From: Amoebophrya sp. A120
Taxonomy: Eukaryota > Protista > Dinoflagellata
DNA: 64,000 nt
Reading direction: 5' to 3'
NCBI GenBank assembly: GCA_905178155.1
Contig: CAJINV010000001.1
Location: 11,701,832 to 11,765,831 of the forward strand
The stretch's first letter is position 1. Each line of letters opens with the position of its first letter. This document shows, one piece after another, positions 36,803 through 49,898 of the stretch. The position numbers were made by a program, and so were the translations under genes. The notes beneath the pieces are model-generated. The model saw only the letters and a program-made list of their open reading frames with translations. It was not told the origin of the DNA and made no database searches.

Positions 36803-39800
36803 TCAATCTACGTCTTCCAGCTTGACAAATTCTGATCCTGTCAGCTCCAGCAGGAAAATCAATCCCTGTGCGGCCCGCACACGGCGATCCGGGTGTTGTT
36901 CGAAGAATTCCGCACCGAGACAGGCTCTTACTTGCGCGTAGTGCCGGCGAAAGACCTGAGATTGGTTGACATGATAGATGAGTAATGTTTTATTTATCGA
37001 TGCAACACATTGTGAATAAATGTTCAGTTCATAATGCAGAGAATGGCTAGTACAGCTGCCTCTGTGAACAATGGCTGTGTCTGTGTTTTTCTTTTTGCAT
37101 ACTTACACAATAACAGAGCCAGCGATTTATCGCGAAAAAACATCACACTGTACCTTCCGTGCATTCAAGATCTTCCTTTTCCTTTCGTCGTCGGCTGCCG
37201 AGCCGAAGAGCCGGGCGGTGAGCTGGTCGAGAAAGGCAAAGCCGGTGGAGTTGAGAACGCAAACGCGGTTCGAGTCCCAGCACTCCCGATAATCGGCATA
37301 GGTCCACACAAAGGTGTCAAAGGCTTTCCTTTCGTTGATCCATCGCTTCAAGGACTTCCGGTACCCGCGTACCTCTGGGTCGAAAGTGACCACCGTCGGA
37401 TGTTCGCGGCTGAGCAGGTGGCCGAAGGCGTCATTTCCCACAACATTCTCGTCAGCGTCGAAATTCTCGTAGAGAAACAGAATCGAGGATTTGTTTTTGT
37501 ACTGGGTTATCTTGGGATTCTGTCTGCCTTCTATCTTGTCAAAGAGAGATGCCTTGCTGCTTGGCGCTTGTTGTACCTTAGACGCCTTGTTGTTCTTTTC
37601 CGGATGAATAATTCCCTCCTGCGAATTACTGTCTGCACTTTGCAGTTTCCCTGTTTGCTGTTCTCTGCTTTTGCTCAACAACCGGTCGGCGGCACCCGGA
37701 GGCGCGGCCACCGCGAGGGCGCGTGAGCTGTCTAGTTCTCGCACTTCGGCGGTTTCGTCGTCCAGCCTATGCATTGCAAAAGTATCGCATTCGTATAAAT
37801 GCATTACTCAGCATGAGAAACGAAATTTGTAATGCGGATTTAGCTTAAGAACAAGATTTGTAATGCATGACTGCACTACGAGTACGATACTTTTGCACAG
37901 GATACAGCCCCAGAGGCGACAATGCTATAGGAGCAGCTCCCGCGGTCTTACTTGTCTTGGACCCGCCCGTGTAGTTGTTCTTCCCGCCAACAAATGCACC
38001 AGCTCCATTGCTGCTCCTTCTCCCGGCCTTTTCCTTCTTGACCGGGGCGACACCGGGCGTGCCGTCATCCTCGTCATCCCCTTCCAAGTCGAAAAAGGGA
38101 ACGTCATCGTCTTTTTCCACTTTAGCGCCAACATCTCTATCTTCTTCCAGCGTGAAAAATGGTTCTTCAGCAGCACCTCCACCTACTGGCTCGCTCGCCG
38201 CGGGGGCGTTGGGGTCCTTTTTGGGCGACCCTTCATCCTGCTCCGCGCCCGGTGATGCTAGGTGCAAGGTCGCGCGGCCTCCGTTCTTTACCGCGACGAC
38301 AGCCGGGTGCGGGTCCGGCGGGTGGAACCACCTTCTGACCGCGTGGAAGTTGCGCGCAACCCGGGACAGGACCGGTTTCTCCTGGTGTGTCAGGTTGAAG
38401 CCGAGCATAGCCCACATAGCCTCAGACTCGAATTCCACGCACCGGGTTTTCAGTCTCTGCACCATCTGGTGAAGCACGGAATCGGAAGTGCCGTCCGGGT
38501 GAACCAGAATTTGTGCCAAATTGTCCTCGTCCATGAGCAGGAGCACCCCCTGCAACAGCGGGAGCATGCAGTCCCGCAGCACGGCCCCGCACAAAACAAA
38601 CGCCGGGAACGTCTTCACGCGGGCCTGCGGCGCAATGCCCACACGCGCATTCGCCGGAATGGTGGTTGAATCGACGTTCAACACCGAGAAGCTCTTTTCC
38701 TGGAGTCCCTGGTCCCCACCGTGGTTCAAAGCGTCCATCCTCTTGGAAAAGGCCAGCCACTTGTCCCGCGCCCGCGCCAGCAGCCGGAGCAACGAGGCCT
38801 CGGGGTCGTTCTGCCGGCCGCTGCGAAACTTCATGTACAGGTTCTGCGTGGTTTCCAGTTTCGCAGGGTCGCTGAAGAACAGCATGGACGCCAGCACTTC
38901 CCGCAGAAGACGGCGCGAAGCGTATCAAGATGAAAAATCCCCCCTCCCAATATCAAAACGGAAATTTGTGATGCTGATTTGTGGCCACAAATCAGCTTTG
39001 TATTGCAGAGAGGCACTGCGGCCAGATCCCCAGGCTGGGTAGGGGCGTATGGGTCTAGTAGTTCAGCATGGCAAACGGCCCCCCTTTAGGCCCAACAGCA
39101 TGCCAAATCGCTTCCATAATGGTGCGGCAGCCTCTGCGCTTGTCTTCTTGCAAGACAGACATGATTTGTGACCTCAAATCCGCTACACAAATTTTTGGAA
39201 ACATACCTTTTCAATATGGGGAGGGGGGATTTTTCCTCAGAATAAAGCAGACCAGCGCTGCGACACGTCGTCGCCGTCGGCCAGGGAAGTGTATCAAATG
39301 TAAAAATGTCTGGGTCTGGAAGAATCCAACTTGTCATGCTGATTTTGGATTCTAAAAAAATCTGTATTGCGTGAGCAGTAAAGAGAGTCCAAATTTTGCA
39401 GCACGGAAAGAGCATTTGTCATGCGGAATAGGCATCAGGAAGCCCTCTCAAAATCTGTGATGCTAGCGCATGCATCACAGACTTGAGGAGTCATGCGAAA
39501 TGTGCATGACAAACCCGGCAATCTTCCAGACCCAGACATTTTTACATTTGATAAAGTGGTGAACAGGTCGATGTCGTCGCGCCGCCGGTTCACCTCGCTT
39601 TCGTGCTGCGACATCGCCTGCACCAGCCAGTCGCCGACGCGACTGCGAAAGGCCGTGACCGTCAGCTCACCGCTTGCGTCGAAGCGGTCCCGCCCGCGAA
39701 ACAGGCTCAGCGAGCACTCCAGCTCCGATATTTGCGACAGGAGCTTGATGCGTCGCTGCCACGCCGGGCTTTCTTGCGGAAAAGCGGCACTGGCTTTCGA

Positions 39801-42800
39801 CGAGTTCCGTGAAGATGAGTTGTAGAACAACTCGTGTAGCTCTGGGGCCGCGCCGGCCCCCGCCCAGGAGTCCTCCGACCCGCTGGCGCCCAAGGCCGCG
39901 CGCAGGAACGCAGTTGCGTCTGCGAGCCGGGTGCGCAGCGAGGAATCGGTGACCAGGGCCGACTGGTGGTTCCGGCCTAGGGCCGCAAAATGGTGCTGGC
40001 TCGAGTGGTGCACGGAGTCGCTGCCTGCGTCAAGAAAAAACGGGAGGTACCCAAGGACCACCGATTCGTGCGTCGGGCCTGTGTGCAAAAATTTTGTCGT
40101 TCCCGCTTCCATATTGCCTGTCTTCCCCAGGTCCAGCCCCGCTTCGATCTTTTGAATCAGGGATCGGCGAACCAGACGCGTTACCGCACTGAAATCCGAC
40201 GCAATCAGCTCATCTTTCGACTGGCCAGTGGCGTCCGCAGGCCCTAACATTTGATCAACACCGGTTCGGTTTATTTGTTCGGAGGCTGTCTTACTGCTGA
40301 CGGTCCCGGCACGGCCGCCTTTGTTGATGAACGCGACCCCATCGATCGCCGTCCGCAGCGCCGGGGTGAAATTTCGCGTCAAGAGATTGGCGCGAAGCGT
40401 TTTCCCCAAGTAACTGACACGCAAATCCCGAGGCAGCAACCCTTGCAGCGGAGTTCTGGTTTTCTCGCACACCCGCAGCAGAACGCGCTCGCACTCGGCC
40501 AGCGTCAACGGCGAGTAGGATTGCATCAAGGGAAAAGGAGCTGACTGAAGTGTGCTGTCCTCGCGCTTTTGAGTACCGATCTCTTGCTGCGAACCATCTC
40601 CAGCATCCGGCGGCGTGCCTTCCTTGCTACTGATGCCCTTCGGAGGACCCACCGTTTCAAGGAAGCGGTTCAGTAAATCTTGCCCCGAGGGAGGATTTCT
40701 ATTTGGCGCGTAAGAATCGAGTAGAGCGGTCAATTGCTCCTTGTCCTCAATTTCTACCAAAGACCTCGTTATTGGGAGCTCTTGCACGTTGCTTTCTGCT
40801 TTACTGTTGTTTTGTCCTCCAGCAATTCCCTCCGCTTTGGAAATTTGTCTTTCGCGATCTCCAAAACTTTCCTTCTCCGGTAGTTGTCGCTTCTCGTCCG
40901 GCGAGAGCCCCCGCCAAACAATGCCGTGCGCCCCGAGCACCCGCTGGGCGGCGGCCTGTGTGGCGAAGACGTGATCTCCCAGCGCGGCCATGCTCTGCGT
41001 AGCTTTGCCCATCTCCTTGCCGGCTGCAAACAAGATCCGCACGCAGTTTTGGTTCAGGTTCGCTTCCCCGATGCCGACCAGCACCTTCTCGGTCGCAAGT
41101 GCGGCCGGCGGGGAGACCAAGCGTAGCCCTTGTCCGCGGGCGAGCGCGGAGCAATACCCCTCGGTGGTGGTGGTAGTAAGTAGAAACCCGATGCTGCCCC
41201 GCTTTCGGATCTCCGCATTCCGCAAGTTGCACCACATCTGCACGGTCTGCATCCAGACCGGGGCCTGCGCGAGACGTCCGGCTCCTGGCGAACCGGCCCG
41301 CGAGTTCGGGGCACTGTTCTGTTCATACGTGTTGAAGAGAAACGGAATCTTTTGCAAAGGCCCGCGGCTCTCACTGCGCCACTGTACATGATTTTCTAGT
41401 TCCGTGCCACGACCTTGTGGTTCATCACGAGGATGTTCTTGATGATCAGTCTCTACTGCACCTGCCGCATGTCCACCTTGGTGTCCGACTTGTTCTTCCC
41501 TCTCTACTTGTAGAAGAACTTCTAAAGATCCGGTGCTTTCTCCTAGAATGAAACGTTCTGAGTCGTCAGTTGACGCTCCCAGATCGAAAACCGCCTGGTG
41601 CTCGGGTTCGATTTCTGCATCTCGTTCGTTTGTGACCTCCAGGGCATCGTCGATGTGAAAGATCTGTGACTCCAGGCCCTTTTGCATCTGTTTCGTTTCG
41701 TCGCGCATCAATTTCATGAACTGCGACATGCCCGGGAGCTCCTCTTCCGACCCCAACCCATTACTGTTCGTGGAGACGCCCGCGAAAAAGGCCCGCTTCC
41801 GGGGCGTGGGAACTTCAGCTTGCTCGCCCTCCGCGGCCTTCAGCGGAATTTTTGACTTTGTGCCCACTCTGCTCAACGACGGTAGTTCTTCCTTTTCCTC
41901 CTCCACCTCCAAAGAGCGCGACAAAGCTCGCTCACGCAACGACTTCTGGCGATTGATGACGGCGGACACTTTCGGGGCTATGGGGGTCGAACTTATGGCC
42001 ATCGTCGTTCCCAGCGCGTCTTTGCTGCCACTGGTCACGAACGCGAAGGGTTTCGGTCGTGGAAAATAGGACTCTGGCTCTTTACTTATCCTTCGCTGTA
42101 GAGACTGCAGATACGCCTCGTCTTCAGCTCGAGATCGATCGTAGCGCTCCTTCGACGACGGCGAAGGGAACGGACTGTAAGCCTCGGCGCCGAACCGAAA
42201 GGGGCTAGCACTACGGCTGCCGAAAACGAGGTCGGCAGTGGCGAGCTCAAGTTTGGGTCTCTGAAAGTAGTTCGAATTCGACCTTATTCTACTTCCGGAA
42301 CTGCCATAATATACCGGAGAAGATGAGCCCGTTAAGACGCCGCGAACTGACGGAAAGTATCGACCACCGTAGGCCAGCGGCCTTGATGGCACACTGGTGC
42401 CCCGCAGCGATTGGAGAGCCCGCCCGGGCCGGCTTTGCTGGTGGAACTGCGACTTGTGAAATTCTAAAGGAACATAATCGTCAAAATCGTCCGCACTGCT
42501 GCTGCTACTGCTTTCTCCCGCCCGTGGTCCCAGATACTTTTGCGCGAAGTTTGTCCCGGAACTAGGCCCCAAGAACGCCCGGGAAAGTAGACTTGTTGTT
42601 GGCAAAGTTTGATCTTCCCTGTACGGTGCTGAGCTTCGTGCTCTGAGTGGCGATCCTCCCAGTCGCGCGGGTGGGGAGAAGTAGCTGCTCCGCGACCTGC
42701 TCTCAGCACCTGGCAACGCGTTCGCGCTGGCCGCATTCAGACGTCGATTGTAGTGTGCTGCATCGCTATCGCCAATGTTTCCCAATCTGTCTCTCGTTGT

Positions 42801-43511
42801 CCGGACTTGCTTTCGCGGCACATAACTCTGCAGTAGCGGAGCGGTCCCCCGTTCGGGCGAAGAGGGACCTCCCGCCAGAGCTTCGTAATCACCATCTCGC
42901 TTCCTCGAAACAAAGCCACTTGATGCTGTATCCATTCCCGCTCCTGGCGACACCGACAACTTTCTTCTCGAATTCGCTTGAAACGTGCGGATGTCGTTGG
43001 TTCGAATCAACAGGGCGTACGTCGGCTCCAATCCGTATTCCCGCACCATATCGTGAACGAGCATGTCGTGTGCCTCGAGCTCTGCCAGCTTCTGCTTCAC
43101 CGACGCGGGCGAGCCGCGCTGCAGCCCCTTCAGCGCTCCCGGCTCCACCAGTTGCGATTGCTGCACAAACGTGAGGGATCGCATGATTCGCTTCAAGTCG
43201 CGCTTCCCTACCCGCGGGAACAGGAACTTCGGTGGGAAATCCTGCGCCTCCCGCAGGTAGTCGGTAGTTTCCCGCCGCTCCCAGGAGTCCTGGAATCGCC
43301 GCAACCACTGCTGCAGCGCCCGGACCACATCCTGCTCCACGGGCAGAAGCGGTGTGGGCAGGGAACACAGCCCGTTTTCGTTCTGTAGGGCCCAGTGCAG
43401 AAACTCGCAGGCCAACACGCGCCCAAGTGCTTGCACGTCGGTCACAACCGAAACCGGCTCGCCGGGCCGCGCAAATCGGCGATCACGAATATCTTCGTTC
43501 CGTAACGCCAT
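36803..43511 (-). CDS. Large hypothetical protein (~1,900 aa) interrupted by three introners and a canonical intron
   Basis: ORFs 39435-43511, 37845-38897 and 37127-37804 fuse in frame (DLFTT-SLADGDDVSQRWSA-SRRLLREVLAS; PLGL-DDETAEV). Last exon VFRRHYAQ...KLEDVD* ends at TGA 36803-36805. Confidence 0.75.
37768..37904. mobile_element. Introner family C (137 bp)
   Basis: TATGCATTGCAAAAGTATCGCATTCGTA ... TACGAGTACGATACTTTTGCACAGGATA. Perfect CAGCC direct repeats. Removing 142 nt corrects the frame offset between the flanking ORFs. Confidence 0.92.
38923..39244. mobile_element. Introner family B (322 bp)
   Basis: TATCAAGATGAAAAATCCCCCCTCCCAATATC ... ATATGGGGAGGGGGGATTTTTCCTCAGAATA. Flanks AAGCG/AAGCA (4/5 match). 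Confidence 0.92.
39292..39553. mobile_element. Introner family A (262 bp)
   Basis: Perfect TIR TATCAAATGTAAAAATGTCTGGGTCTGGAAGA / TCTTCCAGACCCAGACATTTTTACATTTGATA. Perfect AAGTG direct repeats. Confidence 0.93.
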
Positions 43512-44391
43512 CGATACCGGTCTTTGGCGGGGCCTGCTAGCCTTTTGATGAAGAAGCTCTTTGGCTCTGGTGCCACTTCAGTATCATTTGCATTTCATCG
43601 GGGTTGCGGACGGGGAATACGAATAGAGCCAAACCTAATTGATAGCGATTATACGTTTTGGGAAAGTAGATCCCAAGCTAGTCAAGGGGCAGAGATTGTG
43701 GTTTATGATTACACTGATGTTTTGGGGCTACTGTACTTAGCAAGCGTCAAGCTTGCTTACTGGGAAATGAGACAGCATAACACTACTTCTACGTAGTGAC
43801 AAAACACATGGAATTCAAATTCATATTCAGCACGTGGGGGACATAAATTCAAATTTAGGGTAGCTGCTTACATTTTGGATTCACAACAAAAGTCAAGCAG
43901 CTTGAGGTTGAGTCACAACGACGTAAACGGACGAAAAAGTTCTTCTTTAACTTCATCAAAAATCACACGAACGAAAGAAACAAACGGAGCGACGCGCACG
44001 ACATCAGACAGTTTCTTGAACGATAACAGTGCTCCAACACCCCGGGAGGCGACAATGGAGAAGCAGGTAGAGCAGCGCGAAACGGAGCACGATACACGAC
44101 TGACAAGACGACGATGAAAGTTCAGTGTCTCAAATCTAAAGAAAAGCAACCAACACGACAGGCACGAACTTGACGCCTTGAAAATCAATCCTGCCTCTTC
44201 CTTAGAACAACTAAAATTATTTCCGGATCGTCAAAAGCTGCGCACAAGCAAGCATTAGGTCTTTCGGATTGTATTGTCGCGTAGATGAAATGTAAATGCG
44301 CGTCGCTTGTGCAGGAAGTCAATCTTGTTTTGACGAGTGAAAATGAGCCGAGTGCGAGCATGGGGAGCAGGGGGAACAGAATCACCACGTG

Positions 44392-45630
44392 CTATGACGG
44401 TAACACCATATCTTCCATGTCCACGTCCTCGTCAGCATCTTCCTCCTCCTCCTCGGATTCGTCTCCTGGCGTCGTGTAGAGCCACCTTGTCAGGTACTGG
44501 CAGTTCGTGGGATTCGGCGTGCTGTTCGAGAAGATCGCGCTGGCGTCGCACTGGTCGCGGACTTTGCAGCGGAGGCACGGGATGTCGCGCATCGCGTCGA
44601 AGCTGTATAGCGCGTGCTGTTTGCGGATTCGGTACCTTATCACGATTCCAGCACCCGCTGCGGCGTCCGCCTGCATGTGGCTACTTAATACCGTGGCGGA
44701 AGACGCCGCTGGCGCGCTGCTTCCGCCGCCGAAGAAGCCAAAATCTTCTCCAAACCCCACGTGCTCCTCTGCGGGATCCTCCGCATTCGGCAGAGCGTCA
44801 GTGGCTACCCCCAGGTCGAGCGACGTTGTGGCGTCCACCACGCGGTCAAGCTGCAAGACCCGCAGAATCTGGGACATCTTCTGCACTTCGCCACTCACGC
44901 CGGCATACTCGCACACTTCCTCAACAGTGAAGCCGCGGTTGGGCCGCGTAGACAAAACCTGTTGGAACGGTAAGTTGGTATGCCCAGGCTTTGAACAAGA
45001 ATTGAAGACAAATAAAATTTCGGTGGCAGTCAGTGTACCAAAGTCAATCTCCCTAGCGGATAACAGAATTCGTAATAATCATATGAAACAACAACATTGC
45101 GCAACGTAATGGGATCAACAAATCTGTACCTCCTTCGCTTTCGCCTTCAGCAATTCGATTTGCTTTTCCTGCAACTCCCCGTTGACGTACCAAAGCCCGC
45201 CTGATATGTCCTTTGCCGGCGTGACGTGCCAGCCCATCCAGACCGCAGTTCGCTTGCTGTGAACGGGTTTGATGTCTTTGACCATCTGTTTTTCTTTCAA
45301 CTTCAGACATATGTTCTTCACGTGCTGGAGGGGTAGGCTCGTTTTTCGCTGCAGATCCTTGGTCTGGATACCGTGGTCCTTGGCTTCCATGATAAATTGG
45401 TACACCGACTTCTGCTCCGGGGTCAAGGTTTTTAGCCTGTTCGAAGTATCTTCATTCACCAATCTGAACTTCGACCCTTCCTGCGTTTTTATCACTGCTA
45501 TTCGGTGCTGCTTCAGGAGCAGATTCACCCCGCTGATGACGTCTTCGCTGCCCATCTCGCTCTTTGCCGTCAGCTCTTTGGCCGAGAGCGGGCCCTGCTC
45601 AAGCATCCGAATGATCACTTTCTCCGCCAT
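44392..45630 (-). CDS. POLR3F: RNA polymerase III subunit RPC6/Rpc34
   Basis: Winged-helix segments (VYQFIMEAKDHGIQTKDL...KQMVKDIKPVHSKRTAVWM...ISGGLWYVNGEL) and the C-terminal Fe-S Cys cluster IPCLRCKVRDQC...PNPTNCQYLTRWL. One GT-AG intron. Confidence 0.9.
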
Positions 45631-46522
45631 GGTTGTGGTTTCGCTTCTAGGGGTCCGCTAGGGTGGTGCGGATAGGTGGAAAAAACACTAGATGGTGGCG
45701 ACCGAGGCTCTCTGGCCCACCTAGTGTGTAGCCCTATCAAAACGTACCTCGACTTCTTTGCTCCGCTTACTCAGGTGTGGCATAAGTCTGCGAGTCATGT
45801 TGATCATGAGTATCTGTAAGCTACCAGTACTTGTTGTTGATGCCATCATAAAAATAGAATAACGACTTTCTATACTGCTGGTACGTAAAAAATCTCGACA
45901 TCACTACAGCCATATCTGTGACACGACCTGACGACAAGAGTCCACAGAATAACGATTGAGCGAAACCGCGGAAGAGCAAGATCGTTCTAGCACACCATAT
46001 GCTTTTTCTTTTCACAGATCCAGTGGTTCTCCTGGTGCTTCTACACGAGCTCAGGCGGATCCAGCGCTTCATCTTTATGAACATTTCACGGTCTGTGAGG
46101 ATCCTCTGGCATGCTAATCTTTGATTTCCGACGATCACGATATCCATTTCCATAGTACTGATCTATCGTCATAATTTACGCGATGGTAGCTGGACAACCT
46201 GGCACGAAGCTGAATTTTTGTTTCAGCCCAGAACCTTCACCACGAACAAATTTCCTGATCCAAACAAAGATAGGCGCTCTGCGGCCTTTGCTATCAATTT
46301 TTTTCTTACAATTTTTGTCGCTTCATGGAATTTCTTCGCGGTCGTGGTCAATTTCACGGTGTAGCAAAAATTTCGAGGATGAACGTTTGTGGATGAATGT
46401 CACCATGCTCCTGCGCAGTCAGAGCATGACACGATCATCTTTCATGGTGTCGCTAAAACAACTACATGGCAGTTCGTGCTTGTCGCGATAGCAGCGTCGG
46501 TAGAGTGATCTTACTTCCACTA

Positions 46523-46987
46523 TCACACGCCCGACTGCAGGTTCCGCAAAGTTTCTTGGAGTTGCGGCACAGAGGCAAGCCGCAGCCCCATCGGCTCCTC
46601 CTTTTTCCGCATGGCGCAGTAGGCCTGGATCTTCCCAATCAGATCGTCCTTCACCTGTGCTTCTTCGAGCTCTTTTGCTCGTTTCTCCGAGACCCCGCCT
46701 CTTCCCGCAGTCGCCTTGGCGCGCGCTTCCGCGGCCTCCAGCTGCAACTGTCTTCGGTCCTCCGCCGCCTTCGCTTGCACGTCGCCACCCAACAGTTGCC
46801 CCTGTCCAACGAAAGCATTACTGCCCCCGCGGGACCCCCCGCGGCCGTTGTTCGGTGGTGGTGGCCCGCCACGTTGGTTTGGTATCAGCGGTTGGTTCGC
46901 ATTTCGGAGCTCTTCCTGCTGCAATCGCCGGGCCAGTGCTGCGTCATCGTGCGTGCGGGCTTTGGACTTCCCGACGCAGCCACCCAT
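46523..46987 (-). CDS. Small lipid-anchored p97/VCP-cofactor-like (SVIP-like) protein
   Basis: MGGCVGKS (myristoylation/palmitoylation pattern), UIM-like DDAALARRLQQEE, SHP-box-like FVGQGQLLGG, VIM-like RRQLQLEAAEAR. Confidence 0.6.
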   Translation of the reverse strand: MGGCVGKSKARTHDDAALARRLQQEELRNANQPLIPNQRGGPPPPNNGRGGSRGGSNAFVGQGQLLGGDVQAKAAEDRRQLQLEAAEARAKATAGRGGVSEKRAKELEEAQVKDDLIGKIQAYCAMRKKEEPMGLRLASVPQLQETLRNLQSGV

Positions 46988-47897
46988 GGAAGGAAGTGAG
47001 TATGGGAGTAAAGGAGAACGATGCGCGTTCGGTGTTACTGATATACCTTCGAATTCGATTGATATCTCGTCACTTTATAAATTCGATTACTGGGGTTCTT
47101 CTAAGAATGTAAAGTGGTGTAAGAAAAGGGCGAGGAAGTCAATAAAGAAGGGTGGGAATGATAAATCGCGCCTGCAATGGAAATTGGAAACATAATCATC
47201 TTCATAGTTGTTGAGAACGGAAGCTTTCACTCTGCCCCTTAGCAATAACTTCGCTCTATCGCTTCTTCAATTCTAGATTTCCATCGAATACCGACACATG
47301 CGGTGCTGCTAGCTCACCAGAACCGAACATTGATTTAGGACCAGCCGAATTTATTTCTAGAATCATGCATCAACTCAGAACGTGTAGAATTTGATTTTGG
47401 TCAGCTATCGTCAAAAACTCACCTCCACTCAACAACCGATGCTGCATGAGATCACTCCGCGTTGTACCGAGGAAACTGAGACGAATTGGGATCAGTATGT
47501 AATTTTCGGAAAAGCGTGCCGCAAGATGAATGGGCTCCATTTCTAATTTGCGATATCTATACAGTTACACGTACAGTTGGCACATAGCAACTGTAGCACA
47601 ATTTGAATACAGGTTAAAATCGTTCCAGCATCTTGGTCTTCGCTTTTCTCGAAACAGTGTTAAGCTCTCTCGCTCAATTTCATTTCCTCGAAACCACAAA
47701 TTTGCATTTTTTTAGACGAAACCGCTTCTACTGTCTGTTTCTTTCGTAAAATAACTTGATCGCAATCTCAATTTGGTATCGGATTTGTCTTCTAGAAATT
47801 GGTAACTGTAACAAGCGGATAAGAAAACTTTCCTATATTGTCATTTGATAACTTACGCGGCGCTGGCAGGGGTTGTTCTACTTTGCTACCCTCGTTA

Positions 47898-49898
47898 TTA
47901 GCCTTGCTTTAGCAGCAGCTCGATCGCAGGTTGCACCTGCCCGCCGGTTTCCTCGAGCGCCGAAATACACTTCGCCGTGTTTGTGAACCCCGTGTGGCGC
48001 ATCTTGGTGAGCTGGGTTCGGTATTTCGTTTCCGGGTTCTCTTTCTGCGCCTCGAGAAACGTGTCAAACGTTTTGTTGAACTGCGAACCGGGCGTAACTT
48101 TCATCTCCTCCCGCTGCTTAGCGGTAACCTAGGTGTGTTTCGTTGTCGTACGGTAGCGTTGAAATGACTAGCAACATCCTTTTCCAGTGAAGTATGCAAT
48201 AAGTGGTAATACCTCCGACTAATGTACTAAATTCAAATGCAACAATTTCGTCCCTCTTTACCATGGCGTTCATGGCGGTTTCCATACTGGCAATGGCCTG
48301 CATATTCTGTGGTCGGAACAGCGAGGCGACGAAGCCCGGGTTGGAGAAGCACTCGTTGTCTCGCTCTGTGGTCTCCATGTACTGCGCCATTAGCTGCTGC
48401 AAATTCGGGTCTTGCATCATACTTGCCATGGCGTTCGCGTCGCATGCGGTGTGCCATGCTGGCAGCTGTAAGTAAGTAGATATATTTTTGCGGCATTTAT
48501 TGCACGACCCATGTGTTTCTTTCGTGTGCGTGCTTCAGCATCTCCACTCCTGCAAGAGCTATGACAATGTTCAATTTTGCCGAGACTAAAGAAAAAATCT
48601 GAAGAAATGCAAATATTGGTCAGGATCCACTTCCACATTACCCCTTCCGCCGCCTCCCTTTCGAGCCTGGCTGCTCGTTCCTCTTCGTCTTCCGAGGTGC
48701 TGGATTTTTTGCTCTCTTCTTCTGGCAAGTTGAGTTGTTGATGCATGGAAGTAATCATCTCGATGCCCCCAGGTACGGACTTCAGTTCCTGGACCGCCAG
48801 CTCCGTGCTCTGCAGCACTTCGCGCATGGTACTTGGGTTGCGGAACGCCTCCGCCGCCGTTTCCTGAAACTCGGAGTCTCGCAGCATCTCGGAGAAATCG
48901 GGGTTGGTCTCGAGACTCATGCGCACTGCGGGATTCATTTTCATGATGGACTCCAGAAACTTCTCGTCGTTCAGCAGAGACTGCATCGCCGGACTATTCA
49001 TCATCTGCTGCATGATCTCGGGATTCATCAGTAAATGCTGCTGGAGATCGACCAAGACCTATCGAATTTTGAATCATGTATTAAGGATGAGGATGTGTCC
49101 ACCTTGCATCACACACTAGAACAAGAACCTTTGCCTTTCACTGACTTCCCGATCACACTTGATTTTCATGCCGCCCTTTAGAGAAAATTTTCCAATATGC
49201 ATACTGCGACTTGTCAGCCCTATGAGAAGCTGTACCTGCGGCATGTAACCAAGTTCTTGTTTCTTTGGCTTCTCCTTTCCTGCGGTCTGAAATCCGGTGG
49301 GTTTTATTATTGTGATTTCTGACTTGTCTGCGACACCCTGCTCGTCCAGTGGTCTCTCTTCTAGCTCCTTGCCCTGTTATAGAAGTTTAAGTTTTTGCAA
49401 TGAAAACTGAATGAAGATTTTTAACTACTAGTGATTGCTAGCGAGATATGATCAGTTGCAAAATAACAGTGTCAGTGATATTAAATGCTATGACACCTTG
49501 AAGAGCAGCTTGTAGCTTCTGTCCATGCCATGCTCTTTGACGAGGATTTGCTTCAGGTGAGACTGCTTTCGCTTCGTGTTTACGTCTATCAAATGCAAAA
49601 GTGTCTGGGTCTGGAAGGATCCGAACTTTTGATGCGCATTTTCGAACACAGAAAACTCTCTGATGCATAGGTAGCAAAAGCTGCCCCCTTTCTGTCACCA
49701 AAATGGGGGATTTCTCATGCGGGCTCGGCATTGCGGAAGCTTCTCGAAACCTGTGATGCTAGAGCTTCCATGCCAGACCTTCTGTCTGTGTAGTCATGCA
49801 AAAACAGCATGAATCTTCCAGACCCAGACATTTTTACATTTGATAACGTCGACCTTCAGGACGCGGTCGTCCCATATTACCGTCACAATCACCAGCAT
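47898..49898 (-). CDS. Ubiquilin/Dsk2-like UBL-STI1-UBA protein
   Basis: After introner removal the UBL reads MLVIVTVIWDDRVLKVDVNTKRKQSHLKQILVKEHGMDRSYKLLFK|GKELEERPLDEQGVADKSEITII. STI1 repeats (MNPEIMQQMMNSPAMQSLL). C-terminal UBA (TGFTNTAKCISALEETGGQVQPAIELLL). Confidence 0.88.
49587..49845. mobile_element. Introner family A (259 bp) in the ubiquilin UBL exon
   Basis: TATCAAATGCAAAAGTGTCTGGGTCTGGAAG ... CTTCCAGACCCAGACATTTTTACATTTGATA. Perfect ACGTC direct repeats. Confidence 0.92.
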
